A stretch of 64,000 nucleotides of DNA from the human T2T-CHM13v2.0 reference genome, Homo sapiens. Below are positions 10,618 through 25,500 of the stretch, in pieces (position 1 is the first letter of the stretch; every line of letters begins with the position of its first letter). Position numbers and translations under genes: made by a program. Under the pieces are notes generated by a model, which saw only the letters and a list, made by a program, of their open reading frames with translations, did not search any database and was not told the DNA's origin. Location: the NCBI RefSeq assembly GCF_009914755.1, contig NC_060927.1; one strand, written 5' to 3'.

Positions 10618-10650
10618 TAGGCACCCTCACCAGCATGGTGAGGGTGCCTA
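10618..10650. repeat. Perfect 15-bp inverted repeat with 3-nt loop
   Basis: TAGGCACCCTCACCA-GCA-TGGTGAGGGTGCCTA. Confidence 0.97.
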
Positions 10651-11954
10651 CATTCTAGTTAAAGTCAGTAACACAAATTAACTCATGTAAATGTTTTTAA
10701 TTAGTGTTTCTTACAGCTGATTATTCAGCTCATTAACTCTGATCATAAATCTGGACTTTGGAAAACTTAACATTTGTTCTATGTTACCTTTTAGAACAAA
10801 ATGGTGGCTGAGGTAGAGAAATGACTTGTTCTCTGACTGGTGACTTTGGTCCCTGCATCAAGGAGTGGCAGAGGTCTCAAAAAAAAAAAAAAAAAGAGAA
10901 ACCTGACAAAATTTGAGACCCTCTCCTCCACACTGACCAGGTGAAAAGGGAAAGGAACCATCCAGAGACAGTAAATAAATGAAACATCAGGCACTTGTTA
11001 AACAAAAAAAAAAAGGGAAGAACCATATGTTTAGCATATAAATATGTCCAAAATGTATTATTCAGCAAGCAAGTCTCATAGTGTTAGTCTAATTGGGTCC
11101 TCCTGTAGTAAAAATGAAATAAAATAGCAACAACAAAATCTCAGCCTGTGCTTAAAATATGATATACAGAGAAAAAATGTCTAGAAAGGTGGATATGCAT
11201 TCACCTGTCACCAATGGTTCTCTCTGGAGTAAGAATTTTGGAGATATTTTACACTTTCTACATTTCAGTGGTGCCAATGTTTATATTGTTTGATTATTTT
11301 TACAACAAGAATATAGTATATTTTTAATGAGAAAAACTATGTTTTTCTTTGTAAATATACAGATGATATATAACAAATATATATGATAGTATCACCACTC
11401 TTAGGGAAAACTTTTCTCATAAGTTATATATAGGCCTAGCTTTTTCTGTAATATTCAACGTGTTTCATTACTTGAAAATAACCTTATATATTTTGCATAT
11501 ATGAGAACAAATACAAGGAAGAGATTTATGATGGTTGAGTCAGGCTTTTGAGGGAAATTTGTGACTTAGAAATACAAGTATTGGATATACAGTAACCCTG
11601 GATTTAAGACATGAATGGAGAATAATAGCTGGATAACAGGAAAAAATGTATAAGCTTTCCCAGCCCTTGACTAGTAAACAAGAAAGACATTTGTTTCTTC
11701 TTTCAATAAATACATTATTCAAACACCTACCACCTGCTATGCACTTTGCAGATAGCAGAGGTGTTCACAGCTAGTGGGGAAGAGAAGCAGGAAATAAGCT
11801 AATACATGAACAAGTATATAATTAAATATTGTGCTAAGTATTGTAAAAGAAATGAAAAGAGAGATAGTGTAGATCAGATGAACAGAGAAAACCTCTTTGA
11901 GAAGTGATAAACAAATTGCAACCCAGAGAATAAGAAGGAGAATAAGAAGCAGCC

Positions 11955-12346
<392 letters not shown>

Positions 12347-12416
12347 TCAGAACCCAAGAAGCCCTTGCACCTAGGGTTCTATGAATGTGGAGGAGATGAT
12401 TTAGAATGGGGTTGGG

Positions 12417-12610
12417 GTATACTTCAAAATAACCTAACGAGTGGAATTGGAACGTTCCTAACACAAAGAAATGATAAATGTTTGAGGTGATAACTACTCC
12501 AACTACCATGATTTAATCGTTACAGTGTATGCTTGTCTCAAAACATCACATGTACCCCATAAATATTTACAACTGTTATGTAACCATAAAAATTAAAAAT
12601 TAAAAAAAGT
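12417..12610 (+). mobile_element. L1MA/L1PB 3' end fragment
   Basis: ACACAAAGAAATGATAAATGTTTGAGGTGAT...CACATGTACCCCATAAATAT plus A-rich tail. Confidence 0.8.
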
Positions 12611-13887
12611 TTTTAAATTTACAAAATAAAGAAACAGACAAAAGAATGGAATTGAGAGAGAGCCAGGAGCCAGCTGATATAGGGCCTTTAAGGTAAGGAA
12701 TCTGATTTTATTTAGAGGAGAAGGAGTGTCATGGAAATATTTTAGGCAGGGGCATGGCAAGATGCCCTTTTTGTTATTTTTAAAAGATCACTCTGGCTGC
12801 TGTGTGGAGAACAGAGTCGAGGAGGCTATTCTGCTATCCAGATGAGAAATCGAAGTGGCTTGAACTTAGGGTGGTATTTGTTAGTAGGGGTGGCAAGAAT
12901 TGGATACATGAAAAGTGTATGTTAAAGGTAGGATTAATAGGACAAGATGAAGGATGTTATGATGGGGATGAAAGTAAGGGAGTATCAAGAATGAGTTCCA
13001 AAATTATATGCAGATATTGCTCTCTCCTATATACAAATAACACCCAGCTAAAGAATATAAAATAATAAAATTTCCATAAACAACAGCAACAAAATCACTG
13101 GGAATAGAAATGACAAGAAACCTGCATGGCCTATATAAATTATGTTTTACAACGCTAATGAAGACCTCAGAGGAGCTGTGAGTAAATTGAAAGACACCAT
13201 AGTCTTAGGATGACTGGATATCACAAAGATGCCTGTTCTTTCTGAGATAGTTTATAAAATGACTAGAAATAAAAATGCCAATAATTTATTTCTGTTATTT
13301 CGTTTTGTTTGAATGAGACTAATTAATCCAAAATTTTATTTGGGAAGATAAACAAAAACATCTCAAAAAACTTTGAAAATGAAGAGCAGTATGGAAAATC
13401 TAGTATTAATGCCAGATATTAATAATTTAAAGCTACAATAAATAAATAGGGTGATACTGGATTGTAAATGGACAGAAAACCCAATGGGAGAAAGTAGAAA
13501 ATCCAGAAAGAGATGTAACTGTGAGAATTTAGTTTCTGATAGAGATGGCTTCTCAAACTGATTGGGAAAGTCTAGGCTACCCAATATACACTGCCAGAAA
13601 TGACTTGGTAGCCATCTGATAAAACACACACTCACACAAATAATCATAAAGTTGAAGCTATACTTAATACTTTAAGTACACACTTGATCCATATCAAATG
13701 GATCAATAAATAAATGTAAAAAATTAAACCAAAACTGATCTAGAAGGAAATAGGAAGGAATAATTATATCTGTGGCATAAAGAAGGCCTTCTAACTATGA
13801 CTCAAAATCCACAAGCCGTAAAAGAAAAAAAATGAAATATTTAACTGTATTATAAAACAAACAAATTCTGCATGATAAGAAACATTA

Positions 13888-14258
13888 TGTCTTGGCCCAT
13901 TTTGTGTTGCTGTAATAGAATACCACAGAGTGGGTAATGTATAGTGAACGGGAATTTATTGGCTTATAGTTCTGGAGACTGGTAAGTCCAATATTAAGGT
14001 GCTGGCGTCTTGAGAGGGCCTTCTTGCTGTGTCATCACATGGCAGAAGGGCAAGAGAGGGAAAGAGAGACAGAGAAAGAGAAGGGAGATTAAACTGCTCC
14101 CTTTTATAATGAACCCACTCCCTTGATAACAGCATTAATTGATTCTCCCTGTCCTCATGACCTAATCCCCTTTCATTAGGCCCCATCTCCCGGTGCTTTT
14201 GCATTACGAATTAAGTTTCCAACATATGCTTTTTGATGGACGCATTCAAACCATAGCA
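13888..14258 (-). mobile_element. MST-family (MSTC/MSTD-like) MaLR solo LTR
   Basis: TG...CA ends, AATTTATTGGCTTATAGTTCTGGAGACTGG core, TSD CATTA/CATCA. Confidence 0.8.
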
Positions 14259-14932
14259 CATCATAATCAAAATTGAAAGTTAAATGACAAGCTGAGGAAA
14301 AAATATTTTGATCTCATAGCACAAAGAGAGATTTTTCCTTCGATATACAATAAGAACCTACAAGGGATACCAATTGATAGCTCACAAGAAAGGAAATACA
14401 AACAGTAGAAATTTGTGAAAAGGTGCTCATAAAACTATACCAATGTGAGCTTTTCAGTAATCAGATAGGCAAACTATAAAGTTTGATAAACACAGTCAAT
14501 TACTGAGGCTTTGGGGGAACTCTTACGCATTGTTGAGTGAGTAAGTTGATATAACTTCTAAGGAGGCAATTTGACATTTATCAAAACTGCAAAATCATAT
14601 ACCCTTTGACCCAGCAGCCTACATTTTATATATCAGATATATTTGCATGTGTGGAAAATGGCATGCCCAAGCTTCCTCACTGCAGTATCATTTCTAATGT
14701 CAAAAACAATGAAAACCTAAGCTATAGCAGACTGATTTAACAAATAAAGATATTTGCAGACAATGAAATATAATGCATCTGCAAAAAGCATGTATATATA
14801 TGTAAAAACTGGAGAAAATAGTATTACATAATTTTATTTGTGTTTATATTCTAAAGAAACTCTGAAAGAATGTGTAAGAAACTAAGGATAGTGGTTACTG
14901 TGTGCGGATGATGGGGAATTGGGAAGACGGGG

Positions 14933-15928
14933 TATGCATTAATTTGCTAAGGTTGTACATTATGGATTAGTCAGGGTTCTCCAAAGAAACAGAGCCAACA
15001 GAATGTATGTGTGTACACACATACACACACACATATATATATACACACTTATATGTGTATGTATGTGTATGTGTGTATATATGACTTATTATAAGCAATT
15101 GACTCACATGATTAGGAAGGATGGAAAGTCCCTAAACCTGCTGGGTGAATTGGCAAGCTAGAGACTCAGCAGAGCTGATTGTATAGCACCATTTTGGATC
15201 CAAAGGCCTGAGATCCAGGAGAGCTAAAGATGTAGTTCCCATCTGAAGGCTGGCAGGCTGGAGACCCAGGAAGAAATGATGTTTCATTTGAGTCCCAAGG
15301 TATAAAAAAGCCAATGTTTCAGTTTGAAAGCTGTCAGGTGGGAATAATTCTCTTACTTGCAGAAGGCTCAGCCTTTTTGTTCTATTCAGTCCTCATTAGG
15401 TGAGGCTCATCCACATTAAGGAGTGCAATCTGATTTATTCAATCTACTTATTTAAATGTTAATTTCATCCAAAAATATTCTCACAGAAACACCCATGACA
15501 ATGTTTGAGCAAATATCTGGGCACCCTGTGGCCCAGTCAAGTTGACACATTAAAATTAACCATCACAGGCTACCATAACAAAATAAATATCACTGACTAA
15601 GTGGCTTAAGCAACAGAAATTTATTTTCTCGCAGTTCTGGGGCCAAGTCTACTATCAAAGGGCTGGCAGAGTTGATTTCTTCTGAGGCCTCTCTCTTTGG
15701 CTTGCAGACAGACACCTTTTTGTGTGCCCTCATATGGCCTTTCCTCTCTAGCTCTTCATCTTCTTATAAGGACACTAATATTGGATTCTGGCCCCACTCT
15801 TATGATCTAGTTTAATCTCATTACCTCCTTAAAGGCCCTATCTCCACATGGAGTCACGTTGGGAGTTAGGTGGTTAGAATTTATTCCAACATATGAATTC
15901 TGTGGGAAACACAATTCAGTCCATAGCA
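14933..15928 (-). mobile_element. MLT1A/B-like MaLR LTR split by an MLT2 insertion
   Basis: GTGGCTTAAGCAACAGAAATTTATTTTCTCGCAGTTCTGG...ACAATTCAGTCCATAGCA. Confidence 0.75.
14962..15567 (-). mobile_element. MLT2 (ERVL) solo LTR with internal CA/TA/TG microsatellite
   Basis: TTAGTCAGGGTTCTCCAAAGAAACAGA...GGCCCAGTCAAGTTGACACATTAAAATTAACCATCACA. Confidence 0.85.
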
Positions 15929-16267
15929 GGGGATAAGAGTAGGAGGGAGACTGCCGTTGTTCACCTTTTTGTACCTTCTTGGTTTTAAGCTTCCTAAATG
16001 CATTATCTATTTTTAAATATCTTAAAAATGAACTCCAAGTTTCTGCTTCCAGCAGCTTGGAGGATGGTGACATTCACTGGGTTGGAGAAGACTGAGGGAA
16101 AAAAAAGTTTGATAAGGTGGGAATAGGGTGGAGATACTGGAGAGACATTGCAGTAGAATGTCAGTGAGGCAGTTGGTGTCCAGGAGAGGAGTCTAGGTTG
16201 GAGGTGAGAAAAAAGGAGTTTTCTGCATGGTTACAAAGTCAGGGGGAATGCATCAGATCACCCTAGG

Positions 16268-16655
16268 CAGTGGTTCTCAAACTTTATTTGGCATGCATCA
16301 GAAATATCTGATGGGCTTGTTATAACATAGGTTGTACAGCCCTATCCTCCAGATATCTGATTCAGTTGGTCTGGAGTAGGGTCCAAGAGTCTGCAATTCT
16401 AACAATTCTGAGGGGATATGGATACTGCTGATTGGGGGCCCCACTAGGGGAACCATCAGCCTAGGGCAGTGATTCTCCATTCTAGCCTCACATTAATATA
16501 ACACGGAGAGTCTTGAGGAAAAACAATGTGATTATGTGGTACCCACTCCACTGCAGACCAGCTAAGTAAGAACCTCTGGAGACCGGGCCTGGGCACTAGT
16601 AATATTCAGAAGCTCTCTCATTAAGTCTGATATGCAGCTTGAACTGAGAGCTTCG
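16268..16655. mobile_element. Two tandem MER5-type (hAT-Charlie) elements
   Basis: Starts CAGTGGTTCTC (16268) and CAGTGATTCTC (16468); CCTAGG-containing target sites at both ends and the junction. Confidence 0.75.
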
Positions 16656-16949
16656 GACCTAGGGAAAGATGCCAGAGAAATGAGAGAAGGCCAAGAACAA
16701 AGGCTTTAGGATGTCTGCCTTCTAAATGACTAGTAGGCAAAAAAGGGACCAACCAAGAGATTGAGAAGTGGAGAGATATTGGGAAACCTGGGACCTATAC
16801 TCTGGTGTCATGGAAGGCAGTCATTAACTCCCACCCATCTACACTGGGTTCTGGTGACACAGATACAAATAAGACCTATGCAGCCTTCAAGAGCTTCCTT
16901 AGTGTTAAGGGCCAAGACATTCTCTAAAGAAGTGATGGCATAATCAGTC

Positions 16950-17400
16950 CACTTCTTGATGTGTGTCCTAGAGGGATACTTTCTCATATGCTCAAGGACT
17001 CATGTCAAGGATATTCATAGCATTGCTTGTAAGAGTGAAAATCTGGAGCCTACCTGTCCTCAAAGAATGGCTACATTATATAAAATGGCATGTTCATATA
17101 GTGGAACACTATACAGCAGTTCAAAAGAGAGTGAACCAGGTAGACATCAACTTTCAAGATCTCAAAAAATATTGTCAATGGGAAAAAAACCAAGTTGCAC
17201 TATGATAGGTATATCGTTTATAGGAAAAACAACTTAAACATGTATGTGTTTGTGTATAAAGATATAAAAAAGGTCTAGAAGGATGTACTCCCAATTCTTA
17301 TCTGGTGAATGGAAGAGGGGACAAGTTTGTGGAGGATAGGTAAAAGCATTTTAGATTTTTTGGTAATGCTCTTAAAATTGTTAAGCCTTTAGGATTAATG
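16950..17400 (+). mobile_element. Old L1ME 3' fragment
   Basis: GGATATTCATAGCATTGCTTGTAAGAG...GTGGAACACTATACAGCAG. Confidence 0.6.
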
Positions 17401-18074
17401 CGTATATTGAACTACCTCAATGTTGTACTAATTTAAACTTTTAAACATTGCTTACAAATGTCAATAACACCTATCAACTCTAAAGTTAATGTATGTATAC
17501 ACTAGAATTTTTGACTTTGTTTGGGGTTCTGAAATAATGCAACTTATATCCCCTTCTGATTTCTGGGTTAATTCAAAGTCTTCACTGACCAGAAGGAATG
17601 TATCTCCCAATCCTTTTCCTAAACCGAAATAGGGCAAAAACTATAATTTAAAGAAAGAAGAAAAAATGAAAACATTGCTTAGCCATTACTCTTCTGTGAA
17701 TCTGTCTGCAAAAAAAAAAGTGTCTTTAACATAGCATTTCAAAGATACAGACATCATCCTTTCCCCAGAGTCTTGACTGGCAGACATATTACAGTTATTT
17801 AGTCAGGGGGCTGCACTGAATGCAGCTCTGAAAATGTAACCGAGATTTATGTGTTGCATTCCTCTGCCTTTATACAGCAGGTAAATGATGCTGGAAGATT
17901 CTGTAAGTAAAGGTAAAGAAATTCACTGAAGCTGACTTTAGTCTGAATATACTTTTGACTTTTTAGAAAGATGAATAGCTTGGAGCTACCTGTATTGAGA
18001 AACCTCAGTTGTCTCCCTGGAAAGCAATGACTTTTAAATTCTCAAGTATTCATTTTCAGAGTGGGAAGACAATC

Positions 18075-18195
18075 TCTGCATGTGTAAGTTCTAGATGAGC
18101 AAGGACCTTATCTGTATCATTGGCATTGTATCTCCAGTGGCTAGCATAGCACCTGGCATATAGTACCTGCTCAGTAAGTATTTGTGGAATGAACG
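18075..18195 (+). mobile_element. L2 3' end
   Basis: CCTGGCATATAGTACCTGCTCAGTAAGTATTTGTGGAATGAA. Confidence 0.75.
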
Positions 18196-19850
18196 CAGCC
18201 ACACAAAAGAAAGAGAAAAATAAAATCATGAATGAATTCTGTATAATGTTGAGCAAAAGAAATCAAACAGAAAAATACATCCTACATTTTCCCTTTATGT
18301 AATGTTATAAAACAGACAGAATTAAATGATAGTGATAGAAAGTGGTTACTTTGCAGGGGTAGTTGTTTGGGAGGGAATAATGGAAGCTAATGGGATGCTG
18401 GTCATGTTCTGTTACTTGATTGGAGTGGTGGTTGCATGTATGTGTTCACTTTGTGAAAAGTCATTAAGCTATACAATTATGATTTGTGCACTTTGCATGT
18501 TGTTTTTAGGATTTATTTAACATAAATCAAATCAACTTTTTCCAGAAAAAGAAAAATCACTGTCAAATAGAAGCAAGTAACTGAGGTTTTGAAATTTTGA
18601 TCCTTTATGTTGTGGTTGATCTTATCTTTGGAAAATTATTTTCCATCTCTAAACATATTTTCATTTCACATTTCTGAAGATATGAAGTGTGTAACCTCAC
18701 GTCCAGGGCTTAAAGGCTTAGCTCTCTCTGTTCTGAGGCCTTTGCTCTTTCTTATCAGAATTCAGCTGATGGTAAAACAGCTCTTGTAGGATTGGAGGCA
18801 GCTCTGCTATTTGTTTGTTAGCACCCATGCCTTTTCTTGCCCCTAATCTTTTGAAATTTCCAAACAGTTAAACAGACAAGAGAGAATAGTGAAAGAAAAC
18901 CAGAAACTTCAGAACTGTGCAATTTAGGAAAAATATCTGACATTTCCCACCATTTAATACCACCAGACCCACTAAATTTTCTAATGTTTTCTCTTCTGTC
19001 TCCTTCTTTCTTTCTCTCCCTCATTCCCCTTTTGATAAAATGAACAAAAACATTTTAAAAATCCTTGAACCTAGTAACTCAGAAATTCAACATAGACACA
19101 TGCGCATGTACTCAGGCGCACACACACACACACACACACACACTTGTCCATGGACAAAGTGATATATTTACAAGGTAATTCACAGCTACAGTGTATGAAT
19201 GGCAATAGGTTAAAGGCAACCTAAATGCCTTAACCAATGAAAAGGGGACTGGTTAAGTATATGACATTTAACAATAGAAAAGTGTGCTTCTATAAAAAAG
19301 AATGAAGAAGCTCTCTGTGTTCAAGATCTGTAGATAAGTGGACTATATCTTAGATAAGTGGAAAATATCAGGTTCAGAGCAGTGTGTTTAGACTACTGTA
19401 CTTATGAGTGCAGAAATTATTCTAGGTTGTACAAGGAACTGAATATTTGTTTGTCCCAGAGGGGGATGGTATACATGGGCAGGAGAAACTTTCTCCTGTA
19501 TACCCAGTGGTTCCTTTGATATTTGAACCATATTATGTATTGTCACATCAAAAATAAAATTTTAAATATATATAAAATAATACTTTGGGCAAGAAACCCC
19601 CGATTTTGCCAAGGTTGTGGAATGATGGTATAAACTCACAAAGTACTATTGGAAGGGTAAATTCAGACAACATAACAAGAAGGTAGTTGGTCAAAACATG
19701 TCAAAAGCTTCCAAATTTTCTTTTTGAATACATATTTCTGGTCCTAAGAATTTATTTTTAAGAATGTAACCTTGCAGTGAATGTATGGCTATAATGGAGC
19801 ACACTGAAGGCCTGGACTGCAGAAATATTGGGAAAAAACTAGACACATAA

Positions 19851-20391
<541 letters not shown>

Positions 20392-20687
20392 TAAAATAGA
20401 GGTTCTTCATAAATTATGGTACAGCTATATATTAAAAAAGCAATTTTGGAATATTTAATGACAGAGGAAATTGTTCATAATATTCAGTGAAAAGTATACA
20501 GCATGTACATCCTAATACTATTTGTTGCCAAAAATGCATCTATTTAACTGTTTGTGTAAGTATGCTCACATGTGTATAAAACCAAAATTTAACACTTTTA
20601 TTCTAGGTAATAGAATAATGGATTTTGTTTTTTAATTTTCATTCTTATATGGATTTCCAAAAGGAATTATACTAGGCTTATGTTTTA

Positions 20688-21020
<333 letters not shown>

Positions 21021-21469
21021 TTAATGAGGATATTTTCTAAAGGTACTACAAGTAAATCCTGCTAAAATATAATAAATGTGGTCCTGAAAATTCAGCTGCA
21101 TAAAAAGCAGCGCTGCATTAAATTGAGGTTGATGAAACGACAGAATTGAGACTTCTGAGACGGACAACAGCCAGTTGCCAATCACTTTATATCCAAGGTG
21201 GTATTGTCAAGGGATGCGTGATCATGGGCACTGTCTCCATATGGAACATGTTAACACTTTCTGAGAATTGTTACTTTCAGACTGAACTATTTTTATTCTT
21301 TTTAGGAGGTATGTAAATATTTACCCCAAATCAAAAACAATACACATAATACATAGATAACACACACACACACACAAACACACACATATTATATATGAAT
21401 GGTGATATAATGCTTTTAAAAACTACTTCTAATCAAATTACCCCTACAATATTGTTTTTCTTTTTTATT

Positions 21470-22460
21470 ACTTTTTTATCAAGATGAGATTCCCATAGCA
21501 TAAAATTAACCATTTTTAAGTGAATCATTAGCATTTAGCACATTCACAATGTTGTATAACCACCACCTCTACCTCGTTCCAAAACTTCTTAATTATCCCA
21601 AAAAGAAACCCTGCACACACTAAGCAGTTGCTTCCCATTTCTCTCTTTCCCCAGCCCCTGGCAAACACCAATCTGCATTCTGCCTCTATGGGCTTACCTA
21701 TTCTGGACATTCCATAGAAATGGAATCATACAATACGTGGCCTTTTGTGTCTAGCTTTTTTCATATACCATGTTTTCAAGGTTGATCTATATTGTAGCAT
21801 GTACTTTATTCCTTTTGATGGCTGAATAATATTCCATTGTATGAACATACCACAATTTGTTCATCCATTCATTCAAGATGGACATTTGGGCTATTATTTT
21901 GGCTACTGTGAATAGTGCTGTGATGAACATTTGTGTACACATATCTGTTTGGACTCCCTGATTTCAATCCTTTTGTGTGTGTGTCGAGGAGTGGAATTAC
22001 TGGGTGATATGGTAATTGTAAGTTTAACTGTTTAAGGAACCACCAAACTGTTTTCCACATGGCTGATATATTTTAAATTCCCACCAGAAATGTTCGAGGG
22101 TCCCAATATCTCTACATTCTCTCCAACACTTTTTATTTTCCATTTTCAAAAAATAGCAATCCTAGTGAGTATGAAATGGTACCTCACTTTGGTTTTGATA
22201 TGCATTTTTCTAAATGATGAATGACATTGGGCATAATGGCTTATTGGCCATTTGTATATCTTCAGAGAAAGTGATATTCAAGTTTTTTCCTCATTTTTTA
22301 AATGGGTTGTCTTTTTGTTTTTGAGTTGTAGGAATTATTTATATATTCTGGATATTAGACCCTTATCAGATAGATGATTTGCAAATACTTTCTCTCATCT
22401 CCAGGGAGAAAAAGTTCTATAGGTTGTCTTTTCAGTTTCTTGGAAACGTCCTTTGATGTA
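21470..22460 (-). mobile_element. L1MB 3' region
   Basis: GGCTGAATAATATTCCATTGTATG, GAGTGGAATTACTGGGTGATATGG, AGACCCTTATCAGATA motifs. Confidence 0.88.
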
Positions 22461-23239
22461 CTTGTTACTCATATTTATAGAGAGAAATATTCTTATTTTC
22501 TGTTCTAATTTCAGCTAAAATTGTATCTTGGACACATTTTTGTGTGTCTACACATTATTATTATTTTAATGGCTGCACACTATTCTGTCGTATTCCTAGT
22601 CATTCCTGGATTGTTGGCAAATTATTTAAGATTATTTTGGTAACAGAAATCAATTAAATTTAAGGAATAATTTAACTACCAGGCATTAGGAAGAATAGGA
22701 ACCAGGTGGCTTTAAGGATTGCATGAGTTTGTAGACTGCCTGAAACACTGCAGTAAACTTGCCTCCTCACTTCTGGTTTCTTCATCTCTCATTTCAAGCT
22801 CTTATACAACAGTATCTTACTGGCTCAGCATGGATTTGTGTGTACCCCTGTAGGGCCACAGTACTGCACAGCCCAGATCCCCACTTCAGGACTGAGGTGC
22901 TCATTCTCCCATGGTCCAGCAAGCTGTTCTTAGAGATGGAAGGGATGGCTTATGGTCTACTGTAAAATATCGAGACTTTACAATTGTGCTCTCCCAGGTA
23001 ACCCTGCAATGAACAGCTTCTCCTTTTGTGTTATTTCATTTGGATAAATCCCTAAGAGTTAGATTATCACAACTCCTAAGCATTTTTATGTTGCTTACTA
23101 GAGGACTTTGCCAATTAACAAAGTTACCAGCAATGAGCAAACGCCACTCAGAATTTTCAGTATACCTATAACTAAAAAGGAGACAGAAAGAGATAATGTC
23201 ATTGTGCTGGGAAATCTGCCTGGTAATTTAAATAAATCC

Positions 23240-23740
23240 TATGTTGTCCACTAATATCTACTTTCTCCTTCATCTCTAGTAATAATGATACTTTAAAAAT
23301 GTATAGTATGATTTGAGTCATTGCTGCTGAGAAGGAAAACTATATTTCTTAACTTCTCCCATAGCTAGATATGGTTACATATTAGACACATGATTACATT
23401 CTATCCAGTAAAATGGGAACAATCAATATGGAAAATGCTTCATGCCTTTAAAAGAAAGGAGCATGCTTTCCACTTTGCCTTTCTTCTTTCTGTTAGTTGG
23501 AATGACAGCATGGTGGGAAAACATCTTGTACAATTAAAGATGGGAACAACCGAGGTCAGATGGCAGAACCAGAAGATAGAAGGAGCCTGGGTCCATGACA
23601 GTATGGAACCACCACACCAGCCCCAGACTATCATGCCTTATTCATTATATGGGAGAGAAAAAGAAAATCTTTCTTATTTAAACCACCAGTATTATGGATC
23701 TCTGTGACAGCAGCTGGACCTGTACCCTAACTCATACACA
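23240..23740 (+). mobile_element. Old MLT1 (MLT1J-like) LTR
   Basis: AGAAGGAGCCTGGGTCCATGA...CTGTGACAGCAGCTG...CCTAACTCATACA. Confidence 0.6.
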
Positions 23741-23919
23741 ATATTTGTCTTCTCACTCCATCCTTTAGTGTTAATTATTTTAGAAATTAAGAAATTGGAG
23801 GGTTGCATATATTAAGGAATTCACCTCAGGGCTTCACATAACAGGGAAGTCCAGATCAAATCCAGGGGTCTGATTGCAAAGTCCATGTTTTCTCACTGTT
23901 CTTTTCCTGAAGAATTTAT

Positions 23920-24712
23920 AGTCCTTTTCTGGAATGTTTTCTAATGCCAACAAGCAATTATCTGATTCAATGGTCACCAACTGGGTGTGCTACAATTCAG
24001 TTGAATTCTGACACTGTACTTGAAGTTAGTGTTAGATCTGCTAAGTTAAAGGGTCAGTTCTGTAAGACTATCCCCACTTCAGATGACAATTGCAAGTGCC
24101 AAACCTCCCTTACTGAGGACAGACTATGCATTGGGAGGACAGCTATGCATTGGGAGTTCCCTCAACTCCCCCCTTGGATTTGGCAATTTGCTAGAATGGC
24201 TCACAGAACTCAAGAAAATAGTCTACTTACCCTTACAGGTTTATTATAACAGCCAAGTGGAAGAGATGCATAGGACAAGGTATCGGGGGAGGGGCACAGA
24301 CTTTCTCTACCTCTTCAGATGCACCACTCTCCTAGCACCCGGTTGATGTCATCACCGACCTGGAAGCTTTTCAGATTTTCTTGTTCAAGAGTCTTTTTAT
24401 TTTTGTTTGTTTGTTTTTGTTTTAACTCTTCATTCTGGTCTGATGGTTCAAGAGTTTTTATAAAGCTTTATCTCAACCCTCCCTTTCCTTCCCAGAGGTC
24501 TGTGGGTGGAGGTGATAGTTCTAATCCTCTAATCACTTGGTTTTTGTGGTGATCAGTCTCATCCTGAAACTCATTAGCATAAAATCAGGTGTGATTACCT
24601 GGGGCTCCTTAGGAATAATAAAAGACACTCCTGTTGCTCAGGAAATTCCAAGGGTTTTGGGAGCTGTGTACCAGGAATCACAAAGTCCAAATATATTTTT
24701 TCTTATGTCTCA
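23920..24712 (-). mobile_element. MER21-like ERV LTR
   Basis: CTGGGTGTGCTACAATTCAGTTGAATTCTGACAC; TTGCTAGAATGGCTCACAGAACTCA; CTCAGGAAATTCCAAGGGTTTT. Confidence 0.75.
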
Positions 24713-24989
24713 CCTTTGTAGGAACCTAATTTTCAAACCTCTACCTTGCTGACTATATGGTAATATTTTTATACACATTATAAATCACAATATTCACATT
24801 GTTGAAGATATACAAATAAATATCTAAAATTATACCTTTTCCCAAATTTCCTTACTTAATTTCTTTCTGACTTCTAAACAATATGAAAGCTATTCTTGGG
24901 TGATCAAAGCCACCCTTCTTTTGAGGCCAGGAAAGCTTTAGAAATTCAGTGACCTTTAAGATAAATCCATAATTATGGATAGGGTTTTA

Positions 24990-25500
24990 CATAATCAAGA
25001 TTTTTAGTTTCTAGTCTTTAGTGACAGAATCATAACTCAAACTAGTTTAAGCAAAAATAGAAAAATGTGTTGGCTTAGCTAATTGAAAAAGGGGTACCTG
25101 CTTCAGGCACAGTTGGATCCAGGATAGCTAATGACTCCATTAAAGAGAGGTCCCTCCCCATCTCTTGGCTTTTTTACCCTGGGTTGGTTTTGGTGTTAGA
25201 CAGGCTTGTTCCTGGTGGAGGAAAGAATGGATACCAGTTCTCCCAGGCTCACCTTGTTAGCAGCTTCATTACTCCAGCAAAAAACAAACAAACAAACAAC
25301 CAGTGCCTTTCTCCTGATAAATCCAGCAAAATATGCAAACAGTGCTCCCATCCGGCCAGGTCTGGATCTCATGCCCACTTTGTCAAAGATCAGCCCAGCT
25401 ACATCAAACCCATGGACTGAGCTTGGGCAGGAGTGGTTTTCCAAAAGAACAAAAGGGTGCTATAAAACAGAAAAAGGGGAGAAATTGAACAACAGATGTC
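24990..25500 (-). mobile_element. Old MLT1 (K/L-like) LTR
   Basis: GTGACAGAATCATAACTCAAACTAGTTTAAGCAAAAA; CTTCAGGCACAGTTGGATCCAGG. Confidence 0.55.

Larger units (their letters stand above)
13005..16024 (+). mobile_element. Old L1M element (ORF2 3' region and 3'UTR), interrupted by LTRs
   Basis: A-rich degenerate L1 ORF2 motifs, e.g. ATACCCTTTGACCCAGCA at ~14600. Confidence 0.65.

Noticed and set aside
24123-24156. CTATGCATTGGGAG duplicated; similar micro-duplications at ~19331-19362 and ~60770-60793
   Set aside because: Small tandem duplications inside degenerate repeats; common and uninformative.
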